From positions 443,358 to 475,357 of the forward strand of contig NZ_JBEKLH010000001.1 of the NCBI RefSeq assembly GCF_050010295.1: 32,000 bases of DNA. Reading direction: 5' to 3'. The DNA comes from Methanoregula sp. (lineage in GTDB: Archaea; Halobacteriota; Methanomicrobia; Methanomicrobiales; Methanospirillaceae). A program made the position numbers and the translations under genes. Shown here in pieces: positions 1 to 9,526 of this stretch; position 1 is the first letter of the stretch; the number at the start of each line of letters is the position of its first letter. The notes below the pieces were generated by a model that was given only the letters and a program-made list of their open reading frames with translations, made no database searches and had not been told where the DNA came from.

Positions 1-178
1 AGGTACGGTTCATCAGATCATCCTCATGCGGTGATATTCGGGTATTGAATAAAAATGTTATGAATTGGGTACCGGTTTTCCCTTCAGGATGAATACCGGC
101 AATTTACTGCCGCAAACTTGAGTTTTATGCCACACATTCCACCCGTTTTTGGCGGATGGCAAAAGGTTAATACGAACC

Positions 179-439
179 CTACTTCTCTTCCCGTACCATG
201 GTTATTGCCTTTTTCGGGCACTCATTTGCGCAGATACCGCAGCCCTTGCAGAAGTCCAGGTCGATGGCAAGCTCTTCATCGATGGCCGCATCGGGGCAGT
301 ACGTCTGGCAGAGCCCGCATTCGTTGCACTTCTCTTTATCCACAACGGGACGGAATACCCTCCACGTCCCGGTTTTTCCGGCCGCGCCCACAACGGGCCT
401 GCTCATGGCGAGGCGTTCGCGTTTTGTGTCGCTTGTCAT
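179..439 (-). CDS. porD: pyruvate:ferredoxin oxidoreductase delta subunit (2x[4Fe-4S] ferredoxin domain)
   Basis: Two ferredoxin motifs CNECGLCQTYCP and CKGCGICANECP; overlaps the stop/start of the gamma subunit gene in the same operon. Confidence 0.85.
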   Translation of the reverse strand: MTSDTKRERLAMSRPVVGAAGKTGTWRVFRPVVDKEKCNECGLCQTYCPDAAIDEELAIDLDFCKGCGICANECPKKAITMVREEK

Positions 440-963
440 GAATGGACCTCCCTATAGGCAGCTTCAGCCGCCTTGACATTGCGCTCGTCAGTGAACATTT
501 CCCTGATAGCCTTTATTGCCGATTCGGGTGAGATGATCCCCATCCTGGCAAGAGCCCCTATCACCGGTGTGTTAAGGATCGGGCTTCCTGCAACAACAAG
601 GTTCTCCTTCAGTGCAATCCCGGTCAGATCGACATGGCCGGACGAAAAGCCCCCGAATTCCTTTGCATGGGCGCTGTTGATCAGCACCCTTCCGCCGGAC
701 TTGAGCCCCTGCAGGACATCGACCACATCCATCACACTTGCGTCCAGCACAATTACCATGTCAGGTTTTTTGATCTGGCTGTAGACCCTGATCGGCTTGT
801 CATCGATCCGGACGAACGAGACGATCGGCGCCCCCCGGCGCTCGGCACCGTAAAACGGTGCTGCGGTTGCATACTTACCGTCATGGATGGCCGCGAGCGC
901 GAGGAGCCTGGCTGCAGTGACACCTCCCTGCCCGCCCCGCGAATGGATCCGGATCTCATACAT
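436..963 (-). CDS. porC: pyruvate:ferredoxin oxidoreductase gamma subunit
   Basis: MYEIRIHSRGGQGGVTAARLLA gamma-subunit signature; operon context. Confidence 0.87.
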   Translation of the reverse strand: MYEIRIHSRGGQGGVTAARLLALAAIHDGKYATAAPFYGAERRGAPIVSFVRIDDKPIRVYSQIKKPDMVIVLDASVMDVVDVLQGLKSGGRVLINSAHAKEFGGFSSGHVDLTGIALKENLVVAGSPILNTPVIGALARMGIISPESAIKAIREMFTDERNVKAAEAAYREVHS

Positions 964-2068
964 GGCTGTTCACTCCGAACCAGGACTCCTCACCCATGCG
1001 CCGGTTCCGCACGAACCCGGCAATATCCTCGTACGTGACTTCCTGCCCGCCGATACCGGCGATCACGCTGAATATCTCTTTTTTGGTCTGGGCCATGATG
1101 GAGGTCGCAAGGATGCCACCGTGCCCGAAGGAATAGTCGCGGTCGATGACGACCACCTCTTTTCCGGCCAGGTCCAGTTTCGGGAACGGGCGGAGCCAGC
1201 GCAGGCGCATCGAACCGGCTTTTACGCCATCGCTGCGGAGCTGGTCAACAGCGACTTCCGCCTCCTTCCCCAGCGTGCCCATGGCTACGACGACCACCTC
1301 AGCATCCCCGCACAAGTAATCGTCGGTGAACCCGTATTTCCGGCCGAACCGCCGTCCGAATTCGATCTCCGTCTCTTCGATCACCTTCACCGAGTCCCGC
1401 ATCGAGCGCTCGATGTCCCAGCGGAACCTGAACTGCTGGTCAGGTCCGGTGAGCCCCCCGTATCCCGCCGGGTTCTTTACGTCAATGGCATGGGGCATGT
1501 GTAGCGGCGGGATGAAATCCCCCGGGTCGACCGTCTCGAGAGGCTGCATGATATGGGAGAGCAGGAACCCGTCAAGGTTCACCATCACCGGCAGGAGGAC
1601 GTCGTTATGTTCTGCGATCCGGAATGCCATCAGGGTTGCGTCATAGGCTTCCTGCACGGTGCTGACATAGACCTGCAGCCAGCCGGTGTCCCGCTCCTGC
1701 ATGGCGTCCGTGTGCTCCGCCCAGATGTTCCAGCCGGGCCCGAGCGAGCGGTTGACGTTGGCCATGACCACGGGAAGTCTTGCACCGGCAGCCCAGTTGG
1801 TCATCTCGTGCATGTAGAGGAGCCCGTGGGAGCTGGTTGCTGTAAAGGTGCGGACCCCTGTGATGCTCGCGCCGATGCAGGCCGCCATCGCAGAGTGTTC
1901 GCTCTCGACCGGAATGTACCGGGCCTTCAGTTCTCCGCTGGACACGAACTCCGCGATCTGTTCCACGATCTCGGTCTGCGGGGTGATGGGGTAGGCTGCG
2001 ATTACGTCGGGCTTCGCCTGTTTTACCGCTTCGGCAACCGCCTTGTTGCCGGTCGCGATCTTCTTCAT
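956..2068 (-). CDS. porA: pyruvate:ferredoxin oxidoreductase alpha subunit
   Basis: GNKAVAEAVKQAKPDVIAAYPITPQTEIVE and HSAMAACIGASITGVRTFTATSSHGL are typical of PorA. Confidence 0.9.
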   Translation of the reverse strand: MKKIATGNKAVAEAVKQAKPDVIAAYPITPQTEIVEQIAEFVSSGELKARYIPVESEHSAMAACIGASITGVRTFTATSSHGLLYMHEMTNWAAGARLPVVMANVNRSLGPGWNIWAEHTDAMQERDTGWLQVYVSTVQEAYDATLMAFRIAEHNDVLLPVMVNLDGFLLSHIMQPLETVDPGDFIPPLHMPHAIDVKNPAGYGGLTGPDQQFRFRWDIERSMRDSVKVIEETEIEFGRRFGRKYGFTDDYLCGDAEVVVVAMGTLGKEAEVAVDQLRSDGVKAGSMRLRWLRPFPKLDLAGKEVVVIDRDYSFGHGGILATSIMAQTKKEIFSVIAGIGGQEVTYEDIAGFVRNRRMGEESWFGVNSHV

Positions 2069-2952
2069 GGTGCTGCCTCCTCTGCTGCGAGTTTTGCAAA
2101 GGTTTTTGCGATCCGCTGTTTCAGGATCTCGACCGTCTTGGGATCGATACCCTTGAACCGGCCCTGCGGAGTGAGGTAGTCCTCGAGAGGGATGGGCTTT
2201 TTCATCGCCACTTTGGACTGGGCGCCCATCGTCAGTTTCCCATACTCGCGCTCATAGAGTACCCACATACCGGATTTCACGGCAAGTTTTCCCATCTCTA
2301 CCGTTTTCTCCGTTGAATACCGCCAGCCGGGCGGGCAGGGTGCGAGTACATGGATGAAGCTGGGCCCGCGAAATGTGAGGGCTTTCTGGACTTTCTTGAA
2401 AAGGTCCTGGGGGTACGCTGCGGCAGCGGTTGCCTGGTACGGCGGGTCGTGGGCTGCGATGATCGCATCGATATCCTTCTTGAAATCGGTCTTTCCCGTG
2501 GGTGTGGTCGTGGTCTTTGCCCCGAGCGGCGTCGCGCTGGACCGCTGCATACCGGTATTGCCGTAGGCCTCGTTGTCATAACAGATGTAGAGGAAATCGG
2601 TACCCCGCTCAAAGGCGCCTGACATGGACTGGATGCCAATATCGAGCGTCCCCCCGTCGCCGGCGTACACGATTACGTTCGTCTTTTTTCCTGCCGCCCG
2701 GAACGCGTTGCTCATGCCGCTGGCGCATGCAGCTGCCGCACCGAACGCGATATTGTAGACCGGGATTTTAAAGGCAGTATTCGGGTAGATTCCCTGGATG
2801 ACACTTGTACAACAGGCAGGCACGACCAGCACGGTGTCGGGCCCTGCAGCCTTGAGCACGTACCGGAGTGCGAGCGAATCGCTGCATCCGGCACAGGCCG
2901 AAGTACATTTCAGGATATATTCTTCCTTCGGAATTTCGGCGATAATCTCCAA
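2065..2952 (-). CDS. porB: pyruvate:ferredoxin oxidoreductase beta subunit (TPP-binding)
   Basis: CAGCSDSLALRYVLKAAG, YAGDGGTLDIGIQS TPP-binding region, YDNEAYGNTGMQRSSATPLGAKTTTTP. Confidence 0.9.
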   Translation of the reverse strand: MEIIAEIPKEEYILKCTSACAGCSDSLALRYVLKAAGPDTVLVVPACCTSVIQGIYPNTAFKIPVYNIAFGAAAACASGMSNAFRAAGKKTNVIVYAGDGGTLDIGIQSMSGAFERGTDFLYICYDNEAYGNTGMQRSSATPLGAKTTTTPTGKTDFKKDIDAIIAAHDPPYQATAAAAYPQDLFKKVQKALTFRGPSFIHVLAPCPPGWRYSTEKTVEMGKLAVKSGMWVLYEREYGKLTMGAQSKVAMKKPIPLEDYLTPQGRFKGIDPKTVEILKQRIAKTFAKLAAEEAAP

Positions 2953-3513
2953 CTCCTGCAGTGAATGAATGGGACTGGCGAAGGCGACAAAACGGTCGCG
3001 GTTCTATCAGTAGACATCGTTCTAAAATGTCAAAAATTGATCTGTTGTTCCGGGCCCGAAATGAACGGGCACACTTTCCTGAGTTACCCTCTTTTGGAGA
3101 ACTGGAGCTTCCGCGGGGAATCCGGTCTTTTTTACAGGTGTGAGATACTGATAACAGTACGAAAAAGGTTTCACTTTCACTCCGCCCGGTAGAGGTTTTA
3201 TCCCTGGCGTATAGTTACATGGTATATGGGGAGGACGAAATCTCCTCACAATGAGTCAGGTGCCAGGACGGCTCGCACTTCGCTCCTCCCGCCCTCTCAA
3301 ACAAGCGGGGTTTTACTTCTCATTTGAGGAGGAAACCTCTCTCAAAACCTGAAACCAACTCAAATCCTCTCAGACAAAAACCCCAATTCTTTTCTCTTTT
3401 ACAGGTATTTTTGGTGCAGCCGCTTGGTGCAGAGCACTTTTGGGCAATCATAATTTATTTTAAATTGGTTTCGTGCCAGCAAAAGGACAATATATTTTAG
3501 GATCATTTTTCTA

Positions 3514-4008
3514 ATGTCTGCTATGGCTCTCCGATCCCTGAATCTTCCCGGTATAGGAACAAAATACGAATTTGAGACTGATAAGGGCGATACCGTTGCA
3601 ATTTTTTTCACCAAGAACGGTTCAATCCAGATGTACACTCTCCAGAAAGGGTGCCATACCCCCAGTGCCGCTGACATGACCCCGGTAGAGGCGCGGAGGC
3701 TGGGGAATATCCTTACGGGTGCGATCATTGAAGCAGATCAGGAAAGCGTAGAGATTGCTTTCTCTGCCCTTGCCGATCTCCGGGTGACAATCCATACGTT
3801 TTACGTACCGAAAGCCATTGCCGGAAAGACCATCGAGGACCTGCAGATCCGGGCCAAGACCGGCGCGACCGTGATTGCAGTCTGCCGCCATGACAGGAAC
3901 ATTATCAACCCTCCACCAACATTTGTCTTTGAGACCGGGGACGCTGCGCTGGTCATAGGTGAGAGCGACCAGATAAAAAAGTTTGAGCGCGAGATCATGG
4001 TGGAGTAA
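3514..4008 (+). CDS. TrkA-C (RCK C-terminal) domain regulatory protein of the adjacent antiporter; start could be the Met at 3523
   Basis: C-terminal AGKTIEDLQIRAKTGATVIAVCRHDRNIINPPPTFVFETGDAALVIGESDQIKKFE matches the TrkA-C fold pattern; directly upstream of and touching the antiporter gene. Confidence 0.8.
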   Translation: MSAMALRSLNLPGIGTKYEFETDKGDTVAIFFTKNGSIQMYTLQKGCHTPSAADMTPVEARRLGNILTGAIIEADQESVEIAFSALADLRVTIHTFYVPKAIAGKTIEDLQIRAKTGATVIAVCRHDRNIINPPPTFVFETGDAALVIGESDQIKKFEREIMVE

Positions 4009-5150
4009 TGGAAGGTCTCGTAATCGCGCTTTTCCTCTGCCTTATCCTGGCGCTGGTCACCAAGTATCTGTCGATCCCTGCAATTCCGTTTTACATCCTC
4101 ACCGGGGTCCTTCTCGGGAAGGCCGGGCTCGGGATGGTCCAGGCCGATGATATCAGCCAGTTCTTCTCGGAGATGGGTCTGATCTTCCTGCTGTTTTTCA
4201 TGGGGCTCGGCCTCAAGCCCGAGCGGATCGCGGCCAACCGATCTGCGGTCCTGACCAGCGGGATCATTGACCTCAACATCAATATGTTCATTGGGTTTTT
4301 TGCTGCGTACCTGCTCGGTTTCTCGATGACGGAATCGCTGATTGTTGCCTCGGCATTCTATATATCGAGCACGGCCATGGCGATCACATCGCTTGTCGAG
4401 AACAGGAAACTGATGTTCCGCGAGGCCGAGACGATCATCTGGCTGATGGTCTTTGAAGACCTCGTGCTGATCATCTTCCTCGCGATCATCTCAGCCGGGG
4501 ACCAGAACCTCCTCTTATTTGTCGCAAAAATCCTGGGTGTCCTTGGTATCCTGTACGCGTTTGCCCATTACGGCAAGGAGTTCCTCATCTCCATCCTCGA
4601 CCGGGATGACGAACTGCCCATCATCTTCACGTTTGCAGCAGTGCTTACCACGGCATCGGTTGCCCTGGTGCTCGATATCCCGGAGACCCTTATGGTGATC
4701 GCGCTTGGCGTTGCGTTCGCGACAACCGACCCCGATGCGTTCGAGCAGCACGCCCGCCCTTTCAAGGACGTCTTCCTCGTGGTCTTCTTTGTCTTTTTCG
4801 GGGTAACGATTGACTTTTCCGGGGGGGCGAACCTGTTTAATATCTCGGTTATCTGCATCCTTGCCGTGCTGAGCAAACTCCTTTCGGGACTGATCACGGG
4901 CCTGGTCATCCACGAATCGGCCTTGTCGGGTCTTGAAATATGGGCGAACACCATCGGGAGAGGGGAATTCTCGATCGCGCTTGCCGTACTGTACGGGTCT
5001 CCGGTTGTCGGAACAACAATTGCAGCGATGGTCATCGTGACCTCGATCATCGGGTCCTTCGCTGCAAAATACAGCACGATACTGCGGCGTGGGATCACCC
5101 ATATCGGAAGGAGAAAAGCCCCGACGCACCGCGTCCACTCCGGCCGCTGA
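4008..5150 (+). CDS. CPA2/KefB-type cation:proton antiporter membrane component
   Basis: Multi-TM protein starting MEGLVIALFLCLILALVTKYLSIPAIPFYILTGVLLGKAGLG with FLLFFMGLGLKPE; Na/H exchanger family pattern. Confidence 0.85.
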   Translation: MEGLVIALFLCLILALVTKYLSIPAIPFYILTGVLLGKAGLGMVQADDISQFFSEMGLIFLLFFMGLGLKPERIAANRSAVLTSGIIDLNINMFIGFFAAYLLGFSMTESLIVASAFYISSTAMAITSLVENRKLMFREAETIIWLMVFEDLVLIIFLAIISAGDQNLLLFVAKILGVLGILYAFAHYGKEFLISILDRDDELPIIFTFAAVLTTASVALVLDIPETLMVIALGVAFATTDPDAFEQHARPFKDVFLVVFFVFFGVTIDFSGGANLFNISVICILAVLSKLLSGLITGLVIHESALSGLEIWANTIGRGEFSIALAVLYGSPVVGTTIAAMVIVTSIIGSFAAKYSTILRRGITHIGRRKAPTHRVHSGR

Positions 5151-5153
5151 AAC

Positions 5154-5813
5154 TCATTCGATCAGAACAAGCCCGACCGAGTGGATGTCGGAATGCACAA
5201 TCTTCCCGTACTCGAGGTCTTTGCAGGGAATCGTGAAAAGGTCCCACCCCACGTTTTTTGCTGTAGCAAAGACATCTATACAGGCCGCTTCCATGGACGG
5301 GCGGACCAGATCCATGTGCCGGCACTTCCTGCGCAGGCTCTCGTCGACAAGGCCCTCCTGCTCTTCCGCAACACAATGCTGGTGCTCGCACCAGATGCAC
5401 GGGTAGCCCCCGAACCCGAATGCCTTATAAAAACCATCATAGAATGCGGTCTTCTCGAGAAGATGCACGGTGCCGTTCACCCAGCGGATGAGATCGCTGT
5501 ACCATGGGTGGAAGTCCTCGGGGATATCGTCCGGGCCAAACGTCCCGTGTCCCGGCACACCATCGAAGCGCAGGAGAATGCCGGCGGAATATTCCCCAAC
5601 CATACGGAGAGTCTCATCGTATGACGGGGCATAGGGTGGGCAGCCGAAATGTTTGCCATATCCCTTACAACCATACCGGCACTTGAACCGGACCCACTGG
5701 GAGACAACGACTTCATCGGGAGTGATTTCGTGGACGTACACACCCGATTCCCCTGCAAGTCCCCGCAGTTTTTCGATCTCTTCCAAGAGGTCAGCTACCA
5801 TAGGTATCCTCAA
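5154..5813 (-). CDS. DUF2284-type metal-binding protein
   Basis: CRYGCKGYGKHFGCPPYAPSYDETLRM and GGYPCIWCEHQHC cysteine motifs typical of DUF2284. Confidence 0.75.
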   Translation of the reverse strand: MRIPMVADLLEEIEKLRGLAGESGVYVHEITPDEVVVSQWVRFKCRYGCKGYGKHFGCPPYAPSYDETLRMVGEYSAGILLRFDGVPGHGTFGPDDIPEDFHPWYSDLIRWVNGTVHLLEKTAFYDGFYKAFGFGGYPCIWCEHQHCVAEEQEGLVDESLRRKCRHMDLVRPSMEAACIDVFATAKNVGWDLFTIPCKDLEYGKIVHSDIHSVGLVLIE

Positions 5814-5855
5814 TGAGCCAATGCAGGTCAGTGACGATAAATGTTTGGTGAGGGA

Positions 5856-6302
5856 TTATTGCGGGTGGTGGGGATCATGGGACCTTTTGTCGATGATACG
5901 CTGGACAACGAGACGGGAACTGCACAGGTCCCCGTCAGCATATTTGCCGATACGGACAATCCGCGGGTTCAGGTTGCGGGCCCCGAGCTGTTCCGCTAAC
6001 TTTGCCTCGTCGAACATCTGGTTGAACCCGATGGTGATGATGTCGGGGTGGATCTCCTCAATCGGGCGGAACATATCCTTTTTATCCCCAAGGACTGCAT
6101 GGTCGACGGTTTTCAACCCTGCAACCATCCGGAGGCGGTGCTCCTCCGGGATGATCGGGCGGGGCTTGTGTTTTACGTTGGTGTCCCGGGCCACGATCAC
6201 CCAGAGCTCGTCGCCGAGCTTCTTTGATTCCTCGAGATAGAAGAGGTGGCCCGGGTGCAGGATATCGAACGTTCCGGTGGCGACGACACGACGGGGGTTC
6301 AA
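5856..6302 (-). CDS. ribL: FAD synthetase / glycerol-3-phosphate cytidylyltransferase-like nucleotidyltransferase (RibL family)
   Basis: VVATGTFDILHPGHLFYLEESKKLG nucleotidyltransferase HxGH motif; TTG start overlaps the stop of the upstream JAB gene. Confidence 0.8.
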   Translation of the reverse strand: MNPRRVVATGTFDILHPGHLFYLEESKKLGDELWVIVARDTNVKHKPRPIIPEEHRLRMVAGLKTVDHAVLGDKKDMFRPIEEIHPDIITIGFNQMFDEAKLAEQLGARNLNPRIVRIGKYADGDLCSSRLVVQRIIDKRSHDPHHPQ

Positions 6303-6670
6303 GCGATCACCTCCAGATCGTACGGCTCCCCGTCCGCGGTAAAGCACCGCCAGTTGTCCTTCCCGTACGGATAACCGATGATCAGGTGGTACTTTCCCGT
6401 CCGCGGGAAAAAATTCACATCAGCGGAGGAGGGCCTGAGTACGCCATTGGGGTGGCTGTGGGCACTACCAGCGACATGGGTGTCCAGGGGCATCATGGTA
6501 TACAGGAGCGAAGCTGAATCCCCGCGGCCGACCGTCCCGGGAAGGAGGTTGAGCTCTTCCATGATGCCATCGCGTTCCCGGAGCAGGCCGACGAACTCAT
6601 TCGGGTGGCTGTCGCGCCCCATCTCAAGAAGGAGTAAAAGGAGGTCATGTCGGATACCGTGGATGTTCAT
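6299..6670 (-). CDS. Mov34/MPN/PAD-1 (JAB) family metalloprotease-like protein
   Basis: VAGSAHSHPNGVLRPSSADVNFF matches the JAMM motif HxHPxG...SxxD; ORF extends to 6727 with an alternative TTG start. Confidence 0.75.
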   Translation of the reverse strand: MNIHGIRHDLLLLLLEMGRDSHPNEFVGLLRERDGIMEELNLLPGTVGRGDSASLLYTMMPLDTHVAGSAHSHPNGVLRPSSADVNFFPRTGKYHLIIGYPYGKDNWRCFTADGEPYDLEVIA

Positions 6671-7102
6671 GGGATACTTCCTGCAGAATGTCCGGAGTTG
6701 TACTGAACTATGGTTGTTGTTCTGCAAAAAAGGCTCCTTTAAAAATCGGGGGGATCATCGCTCGGCTTTTACAAGGTCCCCCGACATGTCCCGGGACAGG
6801 TCAGCGTTGGCAAAGGATGTGCTGTTCGGAGGCGTTGCTCCAAGTCCTGGTGTTCCATCCAGCTCTACTGAAGTATCCGGAGCCATCTCGATATCACAAA
6901 AATAGCCATTGGTGCGCAGGCCCTCGAAATGAAGGGGAGGCAGTATGGCATGTTACGTCCTTTCACCAGATCCGGCAGGAACAGGACCTTCAGCCATCCC
7001 TGTTGTGATGTAATACGTGAAGATCGACGGGCTCTTAGCGGCATCTATCAATGGGGATAAGGTTTCTGCCGGCATGGACAGGATCTTTTCCGTGAGAGAA
7101 AA

Positions 7103-7384
7103 TCATCGCCTGCCAGTCACCTTGATGACATGGTACCCGAACTGGGTCTTGACCGGGCCCACGACCTTGCCAACCTGTTCCTCGAATGCGATCTTCTCGA
7201 ACTCGGGGACCATCATCCCCTTTCCAAACCATCCAAGGTCGCCTCCCTGTTTACCGGACGGGCAGCTGGAGAACCTCCGCGCGACCTTGTCAAACTCCTC
7301 ACCGTCGTTGAGGCGTTTCAGGATCTGGTTTGCCTGGTCTTCGGTCTTCACGAGAATATGGGAGGCGCGTGCCTGTGTGGTCAT
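7103..7384 (-). CDS. parvulin-type peptidyl-prolyl cis-trans isomerase
   Basis: RASHILVKTEDQA ... FSSCPSGKQGGDLGWFGKGMMVPEFEKIAF ... VKTQFGYHVIKV, classic rotamase (PpiC) signatures. Confidence 0.93.
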   Translation of the reverse strand: MTTQARASHILVKTEDQANQILKRLNDGEEFDKVARRFSSCPSGKQGGDLGWFGKGMMVPEFEKIAFEEQVGKVVGPVKTQFGYHVIKVTGRR

Positions 7385-7557
7385 ATATAGAAATGAGCAA
7401 CTGATGGAATAAAATGGTTGATAAAAACAGGCATCTCCCCCGGCTTTATAGTAAGTGCGATTGTTCAGATTATCAAAAAAATCCTGTAACGTCTGTCTCT
7501 CTCCTGGCCACCGGAGTAAACTCAATTTTTATCTCATATCCCATGCAAGTTCACACT

Positions 7558-7896
7558 ATGGCAAAAGGGAATTTCTGGCTTGCAGCGCTTGCGGGATTTA
7601 TCATTATGGTGCTCCTTGGGGGGGTTCTGCCCATCCTTGGGCCTATTATAGGGGGGGTCGTCGCGGGGCTGATCGCAAAAGGCGGAATGTGGAACGGGGC
7701 AAAGGCCGGATGTGTTGCAGGCATTTTCGGTGCGCTGGTTACGAGCATTATTGCGCTGGTTATCGGAACGATGGCACTTGGACTGCTGGGATTTCTGGCG
7801 GCACTGGGTGTCGGACTGATCCTGGTGATCCTTGCTCTTTACTTTGCGATACTCGGGCTCGTGGGTGGGGCAATCGGGGGAATTGTCGGCAACTAG
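7558..7896 (+). CDS. small Gly-rich membrane protein, DUF5518-like
   Basis: MAKGNFWLAALAGFIIMVLLGGVLPILGPIIGGVVAGLIAKGG with four predicted hydrophobic segments. Confidence 0.65.
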   Translation: MAKGNFWLAALAGFIIMVLLGGVLPILGPIIGGVVAGLIAKGGMWNGAKAGCVAGIFGALVTSIIALVIGTMALGLLGFLAALGVGLILVILALYFAILGLVGGAIGGIVGN

Positions 7897-8072
7897 GGAA
7901 CATCTCATTCAGGCAGTTTCCCTCTTTTAAAATTTGTAAAAAAGGGCTCTGCAGAAAACTTGCATTCTCCGAGGAAATCCCAAAAGCAATTTTAAAAAGA
8001 AAGAGGAAATCAATTTAGTTGCTCTGAAAATTTCAACAGATCCGTTTAATTATTAATTATGCAATAGCAGGT

Positions 8073-9485
8073 TCAGAACTCCCCGTCCTGCTCGAAACTC
8101 CGCCCGTACCGGATCGCCAGCTCAGCCTTGTAGAGCTCACGGCCGAGGTAGCCGGCATGATCCAGCAGAGAGACTTCCCCCTGAGACAGGAGGGTGTACA
8201 GAACATCCTGCCAGCACTTTCCCTGCACGGCCTTTCCATGGATCACTGCCACGATCCGGTTGCCTTCGATGCCAATCCGGAAGTTCCCTTTCGGATCGTA
8301 CCCGATCTCCTCCGGCATCTTCTTTGCGGGGATGATCGTGTCGTAGTCCAGCGGGGGCTCGCACCGTCGCCGTTTCTCCTTCAGGACGAGGAGGTCGATG
8401 CCGAGGTCTTTGGGGTACGGGCGGTCACGGGCAAGGGCCATCATCTCCGTCGCTCTCCGCATCTCGCGGATGCACCCCCGGGTCTTGTCCGAATGCTCGC
8501 TGGTGAAGACCACAGCAGCTTCCACCTCCATTGCCATCGCTGAGAGGAGGGCGTTGAGACCGACAGAGTCTGCATCAAGGAGCTCTGATACGTTTCCTGC
8601 CCCGAAAAAGAGGGGACAGCCGATCTTTTTGAAATTTTTCAGAGATTTGACAAGGCCTGACCCCACCGGCTGCAGGAGAGGATCGGCAATGATGCACGAA
8701 ATCCCCATCCGTTTTGCCATCGCAATGTTCTTCGCAAGAGTGCTTGAACCGGGTACAATAACCGCAGCTGCACCTGCCTCAGCCACCTCTTTCCCGACTT
8801 TGGGTATGTTGCGTTCCTGCAGGCTGAGCACGATATCTGCCCGCCCGAGCGCCGCGCGGATCAGGGCAGGGTCCTGCGTGTCCACGGCAAGCGGGCGATC
8901 GATCCCTTCGAGGAGAGAAAAGGTATTCTTTACATCTTCCGGCATTGCATCGAACCCGAACCCGAGATCAACAATGTCTGCACCCGATGCGAAGTACAGC
9001 TCAGTCATCTCGCGGACGCTCTCGCACCGGTGCGCATCCATGATCTCGGCGAGCACCTTCATCCTCGATTCTCCGCCGATCTTCACACCTCGGATAATGC
9101 AGTCAGCTCCGGAGTCCCTCTCCAGTTCCCCGACCCGGCGCATCGCCTCTTCTGCTTTTTTTGTTGTGAGGAAATCATCGGCCGGAACCGTGCGTGAAAG
9201 AGTGACCGAACCGAGGACCGGCAGGATCAATGCAAGGTCAGCAGCATGCCTCGGCCCAAGATATACCGGGACACCGCTCTCATGTTCGACCTGTTCAAAT
9301 GATGCAGTACACATCCCGGAGACAATGGCAAGATCGTACGCGCCTTTCTTCAGGAGTTCCCCAAGGTGGTGCGGCGTCAGGAACGAAGCGATCTCTCCTG
9401 TGACCACCACATCAGCGTCATACCCGGCTGCAGCCTTTCTTACCATCTGTTCGGTGGGAGCGCCGGTCGGGAGGAGAATGCGCAT
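8073..9485 (-). CDS. dihydropteroate synthase-like protein (archaeal MJ0107-type)
   Basis: MRILLPTGAPTEQMVRKAAAG ... YFASGADIVDLGFGFDAMPEDV ... RPLAVDTQDPALIRAAL TIM-barrel pterin-binding pattern. Confidence 0.8.
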   Translation of the reverse strand: MRILLPTGAPTEQMVRKAAAGYDADVVVTGEIASFLTPHHLGELLKKGAYDLAIVSGMCTASFEQVEHESGVPVYLGPRHAADLALILPVLGSVTLSRTVPADDFLTTKKAEEAMRRVGELERDSGADCIIRGVKIGGESRMKVLAEIMDAHRCESVREMTELYFASGADIVDLGFGFDAMPEDVKNTFSLLEGIDRPLAVDTQDPALIRAALGRADIVLSLQERNIPKVGKEVAEAGAAAVIVPGSSTLAKNIAMAKRMGISCIIADPLLQPVGSGLVKSLKNFKKIGCPLFFGAGNVSELLDADSVGLNALLSAMAMEVEAAVVFTSEHSDKTRGCIREMRRATEMMALARDRPYPKDLGIDLLVLKEKRRRCEPPLDYDTIIPAKKMPEEIGYDPKGNFRIGIEGNRIVAVIHGKAVQGKCWQDVLYTLLSQGEVSLLDHAGYLGRELYKAELAIRYGRSFEQDGEF

Positions 9486-9526
9486 AAGTTCCCTTAATAC
9501 CAGAGAGATAAAAACACTATGATCAG

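Noticed and set aside
887-2179. + strand ORFs of 205 and 208 aa across the porA region
   Set aside because: Antisense shadows of porA, which has unmistakable conserved motifs.
3240-3400. Repetitive-looking CTC/TTTGAGG stretch upstream of the TrkA-C gene, considered as a CRISPR remnant or hairpin array
   Set aside because: Only short imperfect matches (5-7 bp); no regular spacing, no cas genes; best treated as ordinary intergenic DNA.
8398-9522. 374-aa + strand ORF antisense to the dihydropteroate-synthase-like gene
   Set aside because: Composition is Ser/Arg/Pro-rich without domain-like motifs; it mirrors a well supported minus-strand gene, a common artefact in GC-rich DNA.
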